Virus record (IMG/VR): IMGVR_UViG_3300010403_000705
Coordinates: 368,845 to 432,844 of that record
Direction: 5' to 3' (one strand)
Length of the DNA stretch: 64,000 nucleotides
Part shown: one piece after another, positions 1 to 9,336 of the stretch
Layout of the letters: each line of letters opens with the position of its first letter
Numbering within the stretch: the first letter of the stretch is position 1
The notes under the pieces: model-generated
Told to the model about the DNA's origin: nothing
Database searches by the model: none
The model's input: the letters and a program-made list of their open reading frames with translations, nothing else
Position numbers and translations under genes: made by a program

Positions 1-326
1 TTATTAGATTAAGATATGTAGACGATAAAGGGATACCACAATCGCTAGGAGAAAATTTTTCTCAACCACCTAATACTAAATATTGGGCAGAAGTCTGGCA
101 AGGTCCCGAATCTATTGTTTATGGTCACTGTGTTCATGATCTAAAAAATCCTAGAATAGATGATCATGGCAGATATAAATGTATAGGCATTGACACAGGA
201 TGCGTTTTCGGTGGAATGTTAACTGCCGCTATATTCAATGTATCAAATAACAATAACTTTGACATTGAATTTGTACAGATTGCCGCTAAGACTAAATATT
301 ATAATTTGTCTAATAAAAAAGAATAA
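1..326 (+). CDS. Metallophosphoesterase (PrpE/ApaH/PNKP-phosphatase-like), 5' truncated by window edge
   Basis: Frame 3 translates to ...IVYGHCVHD...GIDTGCVFGGMLTA..., the calcineurin-like C-terminal motifs; stop TAA at 324-326. Confidence 0.8.
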   Translation, partial: IRLRYVDDKGIPQSLGENFSQPPNTKYWAEVWQGPESIVYGHCVHDLKNPRIDDHGRYKCIGIDTGCVFGGMLTAAIFNVSNNNNFDIEFVQIAAKTKYYNLSNKKE

Positions 327-370
327 ATTTATACCGATTGCATTTACCAAACTAAGGATCGTTAGAATAA

Positions 371-1216
371 ATGTGTATTTCAATTTCACCATCTACAATG
401 TCTGATACACTAATTTATGTAGGAGAATCGCATAGATTAGGACGAGACATTCATGTTTTGGCATATCAAAATATTGCTATAAATGAATCCTCGACACCTA
501 ATGCTATGATCATTCCTTTTCCAACTAGTCAAACTATGACTGAAGAAAATATTATAAATACTACTACCTTTAAAAATTTTTTAAAAGATATTAGTAATGC
601 GACAAAATCTACTAGGAGATTGACGCTAGGTGGACCTGTCTGCGCCACATTACCAACCTGTCAAGCAAAAGTATTTGATATAGGTTCTTATACAGTGGTA
701 TTAGCGTCACATGTCAAATATGTGCCAGAAGCTTTATTAAAAGTACCAAAACATAAAAGACCAGATATTCCAATTAGATTTCTGTTCCAATATGGTAAAT
801 TATATGGGCATAAACCAATAGCTGTTTGCTGTTGGGATGGTCAAATTGAAGCAGAACCTCTTCTATGGTGGTATGAGCCAATCAACAATAAATCTTTGTT
901 TATTCCCACTATGGACGCTCACGATGGTAACCCTCCTAATATAGATGCAATTGTGAAAATGGATCATATTATTTCAGCAGGCTCATCTAATGTACCAAAT
1001 GGTATTTCAGTTAAATATACAGATAGTATTCCAGAAAAGATAGCGGAAATTTTGCCAACTAAAGTTCATGGGACTAAGATGGATTATCAAATCAAAAATG
1101 GAGATAGTTTTATTGATTTAGATTTGGTAAGAAATAAGAGGTATGGTGCTCATATAACACGTGGCATTAATTTAGAAAACTCTTATAAAGTTGATAGCAT
1201 GTATGGTTGGTCATAA
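371..1216 (+). CDS. Hypothetical protein
   Basis: 281 aa ORF in the gene run. Confidence 0.75.
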   Translation: MCISISPSTMSDTLIYVGESHRLGRDIHVLAYQNIAINESSTPNAMIIPFPTSQTMTEENIINTTTFKNFLKDISNATKSTRRLTLGGPVCATLPTCQAKVFDIGSYTVVLASHVKYVPEALLKVPKHKRPDIPIRFLFQYGKLYGHKPIAVCCWDGQIEAEPLLWWYEPINNKSLFIPTMDAHDGNPPNIDAIVKMDHIISAGSSNVPNGISVKYTDSIPEKIAEILPTKVHGTKMDYQIKNGDSFIDLDLVRNKRYGAHITRGINLENSYKVDSMYGWS

Positions 1217-1722
1217 TGAATAAGATAATTTTTTTAGATATTGATGGAGTGTTAAATAGTGATATCTATTTTAATAGCCCTGCTTTTAAAGAAGAATCCA
1301 AAGGTATGTCCTGGGAAGAAATCATGTTAATTGCTCATCATACCCATCTTGATCCAGTAGCAATACACATATTTAATCAATTAGTAAATAGATCTAAAGC
1401 TGAGGTAGTATTATCATCTACATGGAGATTGAAATACTCTATAGAAGCATTAAATAATATGCTTAAAGATCGTGGAGCTACTTTTCAAATTAATGCCGTC
1501 ACACCTAAACATCCTGAATATATAGGTTGGAGTTCTTTTCCAATTCCTCGCGGAATAGAAATTCAAGCATATTTAAATTCACTTGATCAAAAACCGGAAT
1601 CATTTGTTATTTTGGATGATGTAGATAACATGGTTCATTTAATTAATTATCTAATTTTAGTAGATGACTATTATGGACTGACAACTGAAAACGTAGAAAT
1701 GGCTTTAAATATTTTAGGATAA
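1216..1722 (+). CDS. HAD-superfamily phosphatase (Swiss-army-knife RNA-repair HAD type)
   Basis: IIFLDIDGVLN, VLSSTWR, RGIEI and FVILDD motifs. Confidence 0.8.
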   Translation: MNKIIFLDIDGVLNSDIYFNSPAFKEESKGMSWEEIMLIAHHTHLDPVAIHIFNQLVNRSKAEVVLSSTWRLKYSIEALNNMLKDRGATFQINAVTPKHPEYIGWSSFPIPRGIEIQAYLNSLDQKPESFVILDDVDNMVHLINYLILVDDYYGLTTENVEMALNILG

Positions 1723-1726
1723 AATT

Positions 1727-1933
1727 ATGACTGTCCCACCGGAAATTATTGTAGACTGGATAAGAAAGAAAAAATACATTCAAGATCGATTAAATAGAAT
1801 TCGCAAACGCATTAAAAAACTTGAAAAACAAATAAATCATTTTGAATTTAGATTACAAATTATTAAAAAACATTGTATTAAAAATGAAAAAAATATTAAG
1901 AAAGCTTCTTCTTGTAAAAGAGATAATATCTAA
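1727..1933 (+). CDS. Small basic coiled-coil hypothetical protein
   Basis: 68 aa ORF directly after the previous stop. Confidence 0.5.
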   Translation: MTVPPEIIVDWIRKKKYIQDRLNRIRKRIKKLEKQINHFEFRLQIIKKHCIKNEKNIKKASSCKRDNI

Positions 1934-2318
1934 GCAAGGTATTATTCATTTCAGAAGATATCGATTATTACAAACTCCTTTATTTTCAATATATATTCAT
2001 CAAATTTGCCAGTCAGATACAGATGACATGCATGATCATCCCTGGCATTTCTTATCAATTATCTTAAAAGGCGGATATAGAGAAATATCAAGAAGTTTCC
2101 CATATTTTAAAGATCTTAAGGTAGTAGATTACTATCCAGGTGACGTAATCGTACATCATTTGAATGATGTACATAAGATATCTCTTTTAAATAAATCTGT
2201 CTGGACATTAGTATTTGTTTTTGGTAGAAAAAAATATTGGGGGTACCGATTAAAAGATGGTATATCGATCGGTCACGAAGAATATCGTAGTCTTAAAAAT
2301 AAAGGTAAATTAAAATGA
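1884..2318 (+). CDS. Cupin-like phage protein
   Basis: HDHPWHFLSIILKGGYRE motif and a downstream H; start moved to ATG 1884. Confidence 0.65.
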   Translation: MKKILRKLLLVKEIISKQGIIHFRRYRLLQTPLFSIYIHQICQSDTDDMHDHPWHFLSIILKGGYREISRSFPYFKDLKVVDYYPGDVIVHHLNDVHKISLLNKSVWTLVFVFGRKKYWGYRLKDGISIGHEEYRSLKNKGKLK

Positions 2319-3454
2319 TTGAATTATTTATTGCTGATGACAATGTAACTAGTGGAACTATTGCTATTAGTTGGTGTGTTAGTCATGAAACACTAGATTT
2401 TTTAGCCAATGAAAAGGTAGCGAACCCACAACTTGTTATATGCGTATCGCCAGAGGGCGAAGAATATAGTCCTGAAAAAGAATATCGTAAGGTAGTGCCT
2501 CTCAAGGATATGATGACTTATATTGAATTTCATGTTCCAGGCAAAAATAAAATTTCAGCATTTTTATCTCATAAAAATCATAAAGAAGCTAAGGACAAAT
2601 ATTTATCCAAGAATAATGGATCTTATGATTCTGACATTTTAAATAGTAATGGCAGTGATTATTCTATTTGGTTGCGTAGATACTGTGTAGAAAATGAAAG
2701 CCAATATATGCTAGCTGCACCAATTATAGTTAACGTACCGTTAGAATGTTTTGCGCCAGAACCTCCAAAATGGGAAAAGTTATGGGTTAATTATTTCTTT
2801 CGTGATAAACCTATTGATCAATGCCATTATCGCAAGCGTCGACTATTTGCGTATTTGATACAACCATTCATTTTTGTAGCATTTTCTTTAATTAAATTAC
2901 TTCCATTATTAGTAGCAACATTGGTGGGTTCTCGTAATTGGTCTTTAAAATATTTATTGCATCCTTTAACATATGATGTTGAATCTAGCACTGAAGTAGT
3001 ATTTGGTGGTTCTATTTTCATTCGTAAATTACCAGAAGATGATCTTCCGTTACATGAGCAGGGTAATTATGTATGGTACTTGTGTAAAAAACTATGTCTG
3101 CTGCCGTTAATGCCTATGATTTTTATACCATTAGCATTGCTTATCTATTTTCATATTTTTGGTTTATTTGTCTTAGCTGTATGCATGATTTCAACAGTAA
3201 TGCTATGTGTAGTGATTATATCTAATGGTATGGCTAAAAATGTTATTTCATGGTGCTATGACAAGTTAACAGATGTGCTAGATAACAATAAAAGTGATCA
3301 ATTTTGGTATTTGGATAGAGATGAAATAGATATGATAGTTTGTAATAATCGTAGGAAAATTTCCAAATTAGCAGATCTACCATCTAAAAAACGTACTATA
3401 AGTTTAAGATTTCATGATCTAAAATCTAGGGTTTGCAGACCTTTTTCTGCTTAG
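2315..3454 (+). CDS. Membrane protein, hypothetical
   Basis: 379 aa with several hydrophobic segments. Confidence 0.7.
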   Translation: MIELFIADDNVTSGTIAISWCVSHETLDFLANEKVANPQLVICVSPEGEEYSPEKEYRKVVPLKDMMTYIEFHVPGKNKISAFLSHKNHKEAKDKYLSKNNGSYDSDILNSNGSDYSIWLRRYCVENESQYMLAAPIIVNVPLECFAPEPPKWEKLWVNYFFRDKPIDQCHYRKRRLFAYLIQPFIFVAFSLIKLLPLLVATLVGSRNWSLKYLLHPLTYDVESSTEVVFGGSIFIRKLPEDDLPLHEQGNYVWYLCKKLCLLPLMPMIFIPLALLIYFHIFGLFVLAVCMISTVMLCVVIISNGMAKNVISWCYDKLTDVLDNNKSDQFWYLDRDEIDMIVCNNRRKISKLADLPSKKRTISLRFHDLKSRVCRPFSA

Positions 3455-3471
3455 GGAAAGTTAATCTTAAA

Positions 3472-3828
3472 ATGAAACCATATCAACATGCAAAAAATTC
3501 TGCTCGTAAACATGGCGGTGTTCCTGAGGATTATCAAAAAATTCATGATTTTATTGATAGTTCTAAAGCCGCCATGCCTGATATGAGGCACCGCGCACAG
3601 TTACATTCAGCATTTGGAATTTTTCTAGTAGAACAAGTATTTGGAACTACACTTACTAACTCTGATGGAAAAAAAGTCTGTATTAGGGATCTTGCTGAAG
3701 ATCATGTAATTGAAGATCTTGGATTCATTCCAACTATGGAACAGTGGTTTGGTAATATGAAGATGCAAAATTGGATGTTTGGTGGACGCCGCAATGTCAA
3801 TAAAATAAAAGTTATTAAAATAGATTAG
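3472..3828 (+). CDS. DUF6915-like His-rich protein
   Basis: HAKNSARKHGG..EDYQKIHDFIDSSK...RHRAQLH...HVIEDLGFIPT pattern. Confidence 0.65.
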   Translation: MKPYQHAKNSARKHGGVPEDYQKIHDFIDSSKAAMPDMRHRAQLHSAFGIFLVEQVFGTTLTNSDGKKVCIRDLAEDHVIEDLGFIPTMEQWFGNMKMQNWMFGGRRNVNKIKVIKID

Positions 3829-3846
3829 GAGCATCAGGATTAAAAT

Positions 3847-4335
3847 ATGAGTAATAATGGATTCGATAAAATTACTGAAATGAAAAAACGTTTGCAAGAG
3901 ACTATAAAGAATGATGGAATAAAAATTCTAAAAGAAGAAGTAGACCGTATTTTAGAAATTTTACCAGAGGTGGAATGTATCTTATGGGGACAAAATAATA
4001 ATGTATATAATGATGAATCTTATGAGTTTAGAATGTTTGGGATAGATTTTTTACCTTCTACGACATGTTCATGGTATACTAATTTTATTAAAAGTCTAGA
4101 AAACGATCATGGATCCATAAAAAATGCTGTACATTTTCATGGGGAAACTTTAGAACATCTACATTCTCTTTCAAAAAATATTTCGCAACATCGTGATAGA
4201 ATGTTATTTATTTACGACACACTTTCCTCTTTTGGTAAAAGTATTCCAGAAGAAGTTCTTCAAGTTCTCGGAAATGTAACGGTCCGAATAGATAGAAAAA
4301 ACTTCTCAACCCAAGAATATGATTGTGGATATTAG
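3847..4335 (+). CDS. Hypothetical phage protein
   Basis: 162 aa ORF; WGQ...YND motif. Confidence 0.65.
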   Translation: MSNNGFDKITEMKKRLQETIKNDGIKILKEEVDRILEILPEVECILWGQNNNVYNDESYEFRMFGIDFLPSTTCSWYTNFIKSLENDHGSIKNAVHFHGETLEHLHSLSKNISQHRDRMLFIYDTLSSFGKSIPEEVLQVLGNVTVRIDRKNFSTQEYDCGY

Positions 4336-4576
4336 CCCATGTGTATTTGAAGTAAATGATTTTTATGTAACATTTAAAAACTCTGATAGTGAAGATGAGG
4401 ATGACTTATATTCTTTAGCTAGGTCTAAAGATCCGGTGAAGAAAAAAATTGGCCAGGCTGTTGAAGCTTTAAGTAAAGAATTGCCGGATGATGTATTAGA
4501 AGCTGTTTTTGGTGATCATTGTGATGTAGTTGCTACACCAGATAAATTTTCTGTAACAGAATGTGAGCACGATTAA
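4319..4576 (+). CDS. Hypothetical protein, probably a truncated paralog of 3847..4335
   Basis: C-terminus LPDDVLEAVFGDHCDV...FSVTECEH parallels IPEEVLQVLGNVTV...FSTQEYDC. Confidence 0.5.
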   Translation: MIVDISPCVFEVNDFYVTFKNSDSEDEDDLYSLARSKDPVKKKIGQAVEALSKELPDDVLEAVFGDHCDVVATPDKFSVTECEHD

Positions 4577-4598
4577 GAAATCTTGATATATAAAAGCT

Positions 4599-4675
4599 TG
4601 GGATAGGTTATTAGTAAATGTAAATATTTCCCCTCCTTTTCTATTTACATTTATAGATGCCAGTAATTTATCCCA
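4599..4675 (+). ncRNA. Hairpin RNA with pyrimidine-only (anti-SD-like) loop
   Basis: TGGGATA/TATCCCA outer stem, 12-bp inner stem TAAATGTAAATA/TATTTACATTTA, loop TTTCCCCTCCTTTTC; lies just before tRNA-Leu. Confidence 0.55.
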
Positions 4676-4678
4676 TCT

Positions 4679-4762
4679 GGGCAGGTGGCGAAACTGGTAG
4701 ACGCAGCGTGCTTAAAACTCGCCGGATTAATCTCCGTAAGGGTTCGAATCCCTTCTTGCCCA
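4679..4762 (+). tRNA. tRNA-Leu(TAA)
   Basis: Cloverleaf, anticodon loop CTTAAAA, long variable arm, GGTTCGAATCC; CCA not encoded. Confidence 0.9.
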
Positions 4763-4802
4763 CTTATTCTTAATTTATTATTTTAAAGTAATCGAGTTTA
4801 TA

Positions 4803-4967
4803 ATGAAAAAAGTTATTGATTTTACTGATTGTAATATCAAGGATTGTAGACATCCCGAACACAACCCTCCTAATATGATTGTTTTATCCCCAGGCGTTTA
4901 TGAGCATAAATGCCCTCATTGTGGGCAACTACAACGAGTTATTATTCCATTAAAGCCAAGATTGTAA
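4803..4967 (+). CDS. Small Cys/His zinc-binding protein (54 aa)
   Basis: MKKVIDFTDCNIKDCRHPEHNPP...YEHKCPHCG; below the ORF-track cutoff. Confidence 0.6.
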   Translation: MKKVIDFTDCNIKDCRHPEHNPPNMIVLSPGVYEHKCPHCGQLQRVIIPLKPRL

Positions 4968-4974
4968 ATATACT

Positions 4975-6534
4975 ATGTATGAAACTAATTTAGCTGCCGT
5001 GCGACAATCCAAGCACCAAGAATTAAATAGTGGTGCTTATCCACTTGCTTCAGAAAGTGGAATGAAGATTAATCTGATCCTTGATCAGATCAATACCACT
5101 GCCCCAGCAATTTCTTTAGATCCTAGTGAATTAGGTGATATTATTACTGCACATGGTAGAATTACAGCTATTCGTAAGTCAGGTGGTATTACTTTTATAA
5201 AGATTTTTGATTCTACCGGCTCATTACAATTAATTGCCAGTCGATCAGTTTTACTTAATTATGAACAACTTAAGCTCTTAGATTTGGGAGATATAGTTGA
5301 AATTCAAGGTAAGATGTGTCGTTCAAAGACTAGTGAACCATCTCTTTTAATTATTCAATGGTCAGTACTCACTAAGTCACATCGCCCGCCACCCGAAAAA
5401 TATTTGGGTATTTCAAATGTTGAAACTAAGTATCGAAAGAGATATTTAGATCTCATGAGTTCTGATGAGAGCCGTGCTGTATTTACTATTAGGAGTTACA
5501 TTATACGTTCTCTACGTGAGTTCATGGAACGTAATAACTTCATGGAAATGGAAACTTCTACTCTAAACACTATAAATAGTGGAGCTAATGCTTTACCATT
5601 TATTACACGACATAATTATCTAGAAATAGATCTATTTTTACGTATTGCGCCAGAACTCTATCTCAAGAGATTGTTAGTCGGTGGATACGATAAGGTTTTT
5701 GAAATAGGTAGAAATTATAGAAATGAAGGCGTATCTACACGTCATAATCCAGAGTTTACTATGATGGAATTCTATGAAACCTACGGTAGGTTTCCAGATT
5801 TGATTTCCTACACCAAGGAAATGCTACTTTATGTTGATAATTATTTAGAAAATTTAAAGGGCAATTTTGCTTATTCATACTTCCAAGAATGGAAAAATAA
5901 GAGATCCTTTACTTTATCTGCATTCAAAGTAATTACCATGTCAGAAGCTGTTAACAATGCATGCGCTAAGTTTGGCGTGACTATTGACAACCTTGGTGTG
6001 CATATTAATGACATTGATAGTCTTCAGTCAAAGAAAATTGATATTAATAGTCTATTAAATGATTTAGAATCTTGCCCTTCACAAGGCAGATTGACATCAA
6101 TATTATTCGAGTATTTTGCTGAACCATTCTTAACAGAAGATTATCGAGAAACTATTAATGGCGTCTCATATTCTGTTCCAGTATTTATTACAGAATATCC
6201 AACAGAAATTTGTCCACTTGCTAGAAAGAATGATCAAAACCCTAATGTTTGTGATAGATTTGAGTTGTTTGTAGATGGCAGGGAGTTATGCAATGCATTC
6301 CAAGAATTGAATGATCCTAATGAACAGGCTAGTAGATTTCAAGAACAACTTGAATTAAATCAAAAAGATCCTATGGGTTATGATGAAGATTACATTGAAG
6401 CATTACAATATGGTATGCCACCATCAATTGGTTTTGGTATGGGAATAGATCGTTTAGTTATGTTATTAACTAATTCTACATCTATTAAGGATGTTATTTT
6501 GTTTCCTACATTAAAAAAGGTTAATAATGTCTAA
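4975..6534 (+). CDS. lysS: Lysine--tRNA ligase, class II
   Basis: OB-fold N-terminus, YRKRYLDL, LRIAPELYLKRL, YRNEGVSTRHNPEF, GMGIDRL, VILFP. Confidence 0.95.
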   Translation: MYETNLAAVRQSKHQELNSGAYPLASESGMKINLILDQINTTAPAISLDPSELGDIITAHGRITAIRKSGGITFIKIFDSTGSLQLIASRSVLLNYEQLKLLDLGDIVEIQGKMCRSKTSEPSLLIIQWSVLTKSHRPPPEKYLGISNVETKYRKRYLDLMSSDESRAVFTIRSYIIRSLREFMERNNFMEMETSTLNTINSGANALPFITRHNYLEIDLFLRIAPELYLKRLLVGGYDKVFEIGRNYRNEGVSTRHNPEFTMMEFYETYGRFPDLISYTKEMLLYVDNYLENLKGNFAYSYFQEWKNKRSFTLSAFKVITMSEAVNNACAKFGVTIDNLGVHINDIDSLQSKKIDINSLLNDLESCPSQGRLTSILFEYFAEPFLTEDYRETINGVSYSVPVFITEYPTEICPLARKNDQNPNVCDRFELFVDGRELCNAFQELNDPNEQASRFQEQLELNQKDPMGYDEDYIEALQYGMPPSIGFGMGIDRLVMLLTNSTSIKDVILFPTLKKVNNV

Positions 6535-6802
6535 ACTTGATAAAGACATATTTCAGTTTGTAAGTGAATCTTTTATTCATATTAATGTCTATGATAAGTT
6601 AGTAGAAGATGGAAGATTTGTAGGTGCCATCAAAACAGATTTAATTGATGGCAAAGTTGTTCTTACTTTATCTTCTATAGAAGAAATTGATCTCGAACGA
6701 TTAATGGTATTGTGCGAGAAAATGAATAAGATTAAATTATTCTATGAATCAGAGAAGCCACGATTGGTTAAAGTTTTATCATCTATAAATCAGCAAATGT
6801 AA
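6527..6802 (+). CDS. Hypothetical protein
   Basis: 91 aa ORF overlapping the lysS stop. Confidence 0.6.
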   Translation: MSKLDKDIFQFVSESFIHINVYDKLVEDGRFVGAIKTDLIDGKVVLTLSSIEEIDLERLMVLCEKMNKIKLFYESEKPRLVKVLSSINQQM

Positions 6803-6833
6803 TTAGTTATACATTAATACATATTAGGTAAAT

Positions 6834-7433
6834 ATGACGACAGTAAAATGCAGTGAATTTGTTAAAAGACAAACAGCAAATTCTGGGTATTCTCATTTTG
6901 AAGGTTCATGGGAGGAATTAGAAAAAATAACAGAACAATATTTAAATGATAGTTCCAATATTTACATCAGACCTGGGTATAGAGATGGTGTAATTATAAT
7001 AGATTTACCAGGGGAAAAATTTAGATCAGCCATTGTAAAATTGGATGAAAAATCTAAAATCTATGCTAATTATAACCCACGTAGATTAGGGGAAGATCCT
7101 TACATAAAAATTTCTGTAAAATCTAATAAACAAATTGCTGCCTACGCTTCCGTGGTTCTATATAGATCTGATGTTTTATTAGAAGATAATGATCGATCTT
7201 CTAGTGCAGATTGGGAAATTATAGCTATCAAAGCTAGAATGACTGAAGAAGAGCCGATGAATCCTTATACAATGGCAAGAAATTTTTTGCACCTAACTGG
7301 AGGAACAAAAGGCGATTTTACTGCCGAACAATTTGCAAAGTCTATTATATATTGGAATAATCATTGTATAACTATGAGCAAACAAAAATGGTGGAAACGT
7401 ATCTTAAAATTTTTTAAGGTGATTAATGGGTGA
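6834..7433 (+). CDS. DUF3228-like protein
   Basis: VVLYRSDVL...DWEIIAIKA...EEPMNPYTMARNFL...GG pattern. Confidence 0.55.
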   Translation: MTTVKCSEFVKRQTANSGYSHFEGSWEELEKITEQYLNDSSNIYIRPGYRDGVIIIDLPGEKFRSAIVKLDEKSKIYANYNPRRLGEDPYIKISVKSNKQIAAYASVVLYRSDVLLEDNDRSSSADWEIIAIKARMTEEEPMNPYTMARNFLHLTGGTKGDFTAEQFAKSIIYWNNHCITMSKQKWWKRILKFFKVING

Positions 7434-7995
7434 AGGAATTAAAATTTCAGAAGAACATCGACCATCCATTTTGTCTATTTCCAAAAAATTAGATAGTAAA
7501 ATTAGCAAACAACTACAAAGTTTTTTTATTATTGATTTACAAAACGATTGCAATTGTAGTATTGAAAATTACGATGCAGAGATAGATTGTACAATAGCCT
7601 ATTTATCTACTAGCGGTGTTAAATACTACAATAGTTCTCATTGTCTTGCTTTACCCATGCTGAGCGAAATTTGTGATCAAGATATTTTGAATTTATTGCA
7701 AGAAGCAGGTACAACGTCTTCTGGTGTGTCTAATATAGATTGTTTGCCAACCAACATGCTTTTTAATATAGAAAATGATAGCGATCAGGTGTGGTCAATA
7801 TATAAAAAATATACAAAACAATATGTTCCTTCTATTAATAGAGCATTTATTAATGGGGTATTTGGTGCTGATTTTGTTCCAAAAAATCAGATTTGGTTTA
7901 TGCCACAGCCAGAATTTTTTGGCTGTATTTCAGTGAACATAGATAAATTTGGAGTTTTTTGTTTACCTCAACAAATCTTCAAGATTGGAATTTAA
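7426..7995 (+). CDS. Hypothetical protein, possibly a degenerate capsid-protein paralog
   Basis: 189 aa; VPKNQIWFMPQPEFFGCI recalls a capsid-protein C-terminal strand motif (from memory). Confidence 0.5.
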   Translation: MGEGIKISEEHRPSILSISKKLDSKISKQLQSFFIIDLQNDCNCSIENYDAEIDCTIAYLSTSGVKYYNSSHCLALPMLSEICDQDILNLLQEAGTTSSGVSNIDCLPTNMLFNIENDSDQVWSIYKKYTKQYVPSINRAFINGVFGADFVPKNQIWFMPQPEFFGCISVNIDKFGVFCLPQQIFKIGI

Positions 7996-8238
7996 ATGTT
8001 TAAAATGAAATTATTTTTATTGTTATTATTATCCTTATGTGCTTGTTCACGTTTTTATGCTAGCCAACAAGCAACGACATGGGCTAAATCAAATGGAATC
8101 AATACGTTTTCTATTTTTTGTGATACGAAAGAAAACATAAATTATCATAGTTGTACATTAACATATCCCTTGCCCGGTAATGTGATTGTGTCACAGGCAT
8201 TAATTTGTAATTCTGAATCTTGTGTTGAGGTAAAATAA
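7996..8238 (+). CDS. Small lipoprotein
   Basis: Hydrophobic N-terminus with LCAC lipobox-like site. Confidence 0.6.
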   Translation: MFKMKLFLLLLLSLCACSRFYASQQATTWAKSNGINTFSIFCDTKENINYHSCTLTYPLPGNVIVSQALICNSESCVEVK

Positions 8239-8244
8239 CATAAT

Positions 8245-9057
8245 ATGATTATTGATTGTCACGCACATATTGGAAAGAACGAGCATATTAATTTTTCTGT
8301 TCATCAGTTACTTAAATCAATGGATAAAGCAAAAATAGATAAAACTTTAGTATTTGCTGGAAAGATAAATGACTGCTCTAACGAATGGATGTTAGAACAA
8401 ATTGCTCCATATAAAGATAGACTATATGGAGTCGCAGCGGCTGATATGGCTGGTGGACCAATCACTTGGAGACAAGGAGTTCCATCAATGACTGAGCTTC
8501 AAGATGAAGCAAGTAAAATTACTGATTGGTATGCAGAAGGCAAAATTATTGCCTGTAAATTTTATACTGGTTATCATCACTATTACCCATTTGATAGATT
8601 AATAGAAGATTATTTATCTTCTTTAGAAGAGGTTGGTTGCCCAGCTATTTTTCATTGTGGTGATTGTTTGTGTTCAATTAAAAATGCTAAACTTAAATAC
8701 GCGCACCCATTACATATAGATGATATAGCGGTAGATTATCCAAATATGAATTTTGTTATTGCTCATGTTGGATTCCCTTGGGTAGATGATACTGCTGAAG
8801 TTTGTTATAAAAATAAAAATGTTTATACTGATATTTCTGGATTTGTATATAATGAATTTGATGTTGAATCTAAAGTAAAATTTTCTAATATGATATCTAA
8901 ATTTCTGGATATTGCTAGTAATAATAAATTGCTATTTGGAACGGATTGTCCAATTTCCAATCAACAATCATATAGAGAAACAGTGGAAGATTTATTAGGA
9001 TCTATTATTTTCGAAAATATGCAAAAAAATATAAGAACAGTATTTAATTTGAAATAA
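8245..9057 (+). CDS. Amidohydrolase family protein (Amidohydro_2)
   Basis: IDCHAH, FHCG, IAHVGFPW, VYTDIS, LLFGTDCP. Confidence 0.85.
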   Translation: MIIDCHAHIGKNEHINFSVHQLLKSMDKAKIDKTLVFAGKINDCSNEWMLEQIAPYKDRLYGVAAADMAGGPITWRQGVPSMTELQDEASKITDWYAEGKIIACKFYTGYHHYYPFDRLIEDYLSSLEEVGCPAIFHCGDCLCSIKNAKLKYAHPLHIDDIAVDYPNMNFVIAHVGFPWVDDTAEVCYKNKNVYTDISGFVYNEFDVESKVKFSNMISKFLDIASNNKLLFGTDCPISNQQSYRETVEDLLGSIIFENMQKNIRTVFNLK

Positions 9058-9129
9058 TATGTTTATTATAATTGAGTATTTTATTACTACGTTCACTATG
9101 ACAATTAGCACATACTAATTCACATTTAT

Positions 9130-9318
9130 CTATTTCAGAAAATATAATACTCAATTTTCATAAATTTAAATATAACAAAATTCTTGTAAAGTGATGTTAG
9201 AAAATATTATATGACTCTGATACCCATCTCCAATCAGGATGACTACGTTTCAGTGGTATCAAAAATTCTTCCGGAAGAAATCTTTTTCGAAAATCTAAAA
9301 AAAGTTTTTAAGTTATAA
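9130..9318 (+). pseudogene. Frameshifted remnant of a second amidohydrolase C-terminus
   Basis: KILYDSDT/PISNQDDY...IFFENLKKVFKL matches KLLFGTDCPISNQQSY...IIFEN...TVFNLK of the upstream gene; 5' limit approximate. Confidence 0.55.
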
Positions 9319-9336
9319 TTTAATAGAAGAATTAAT

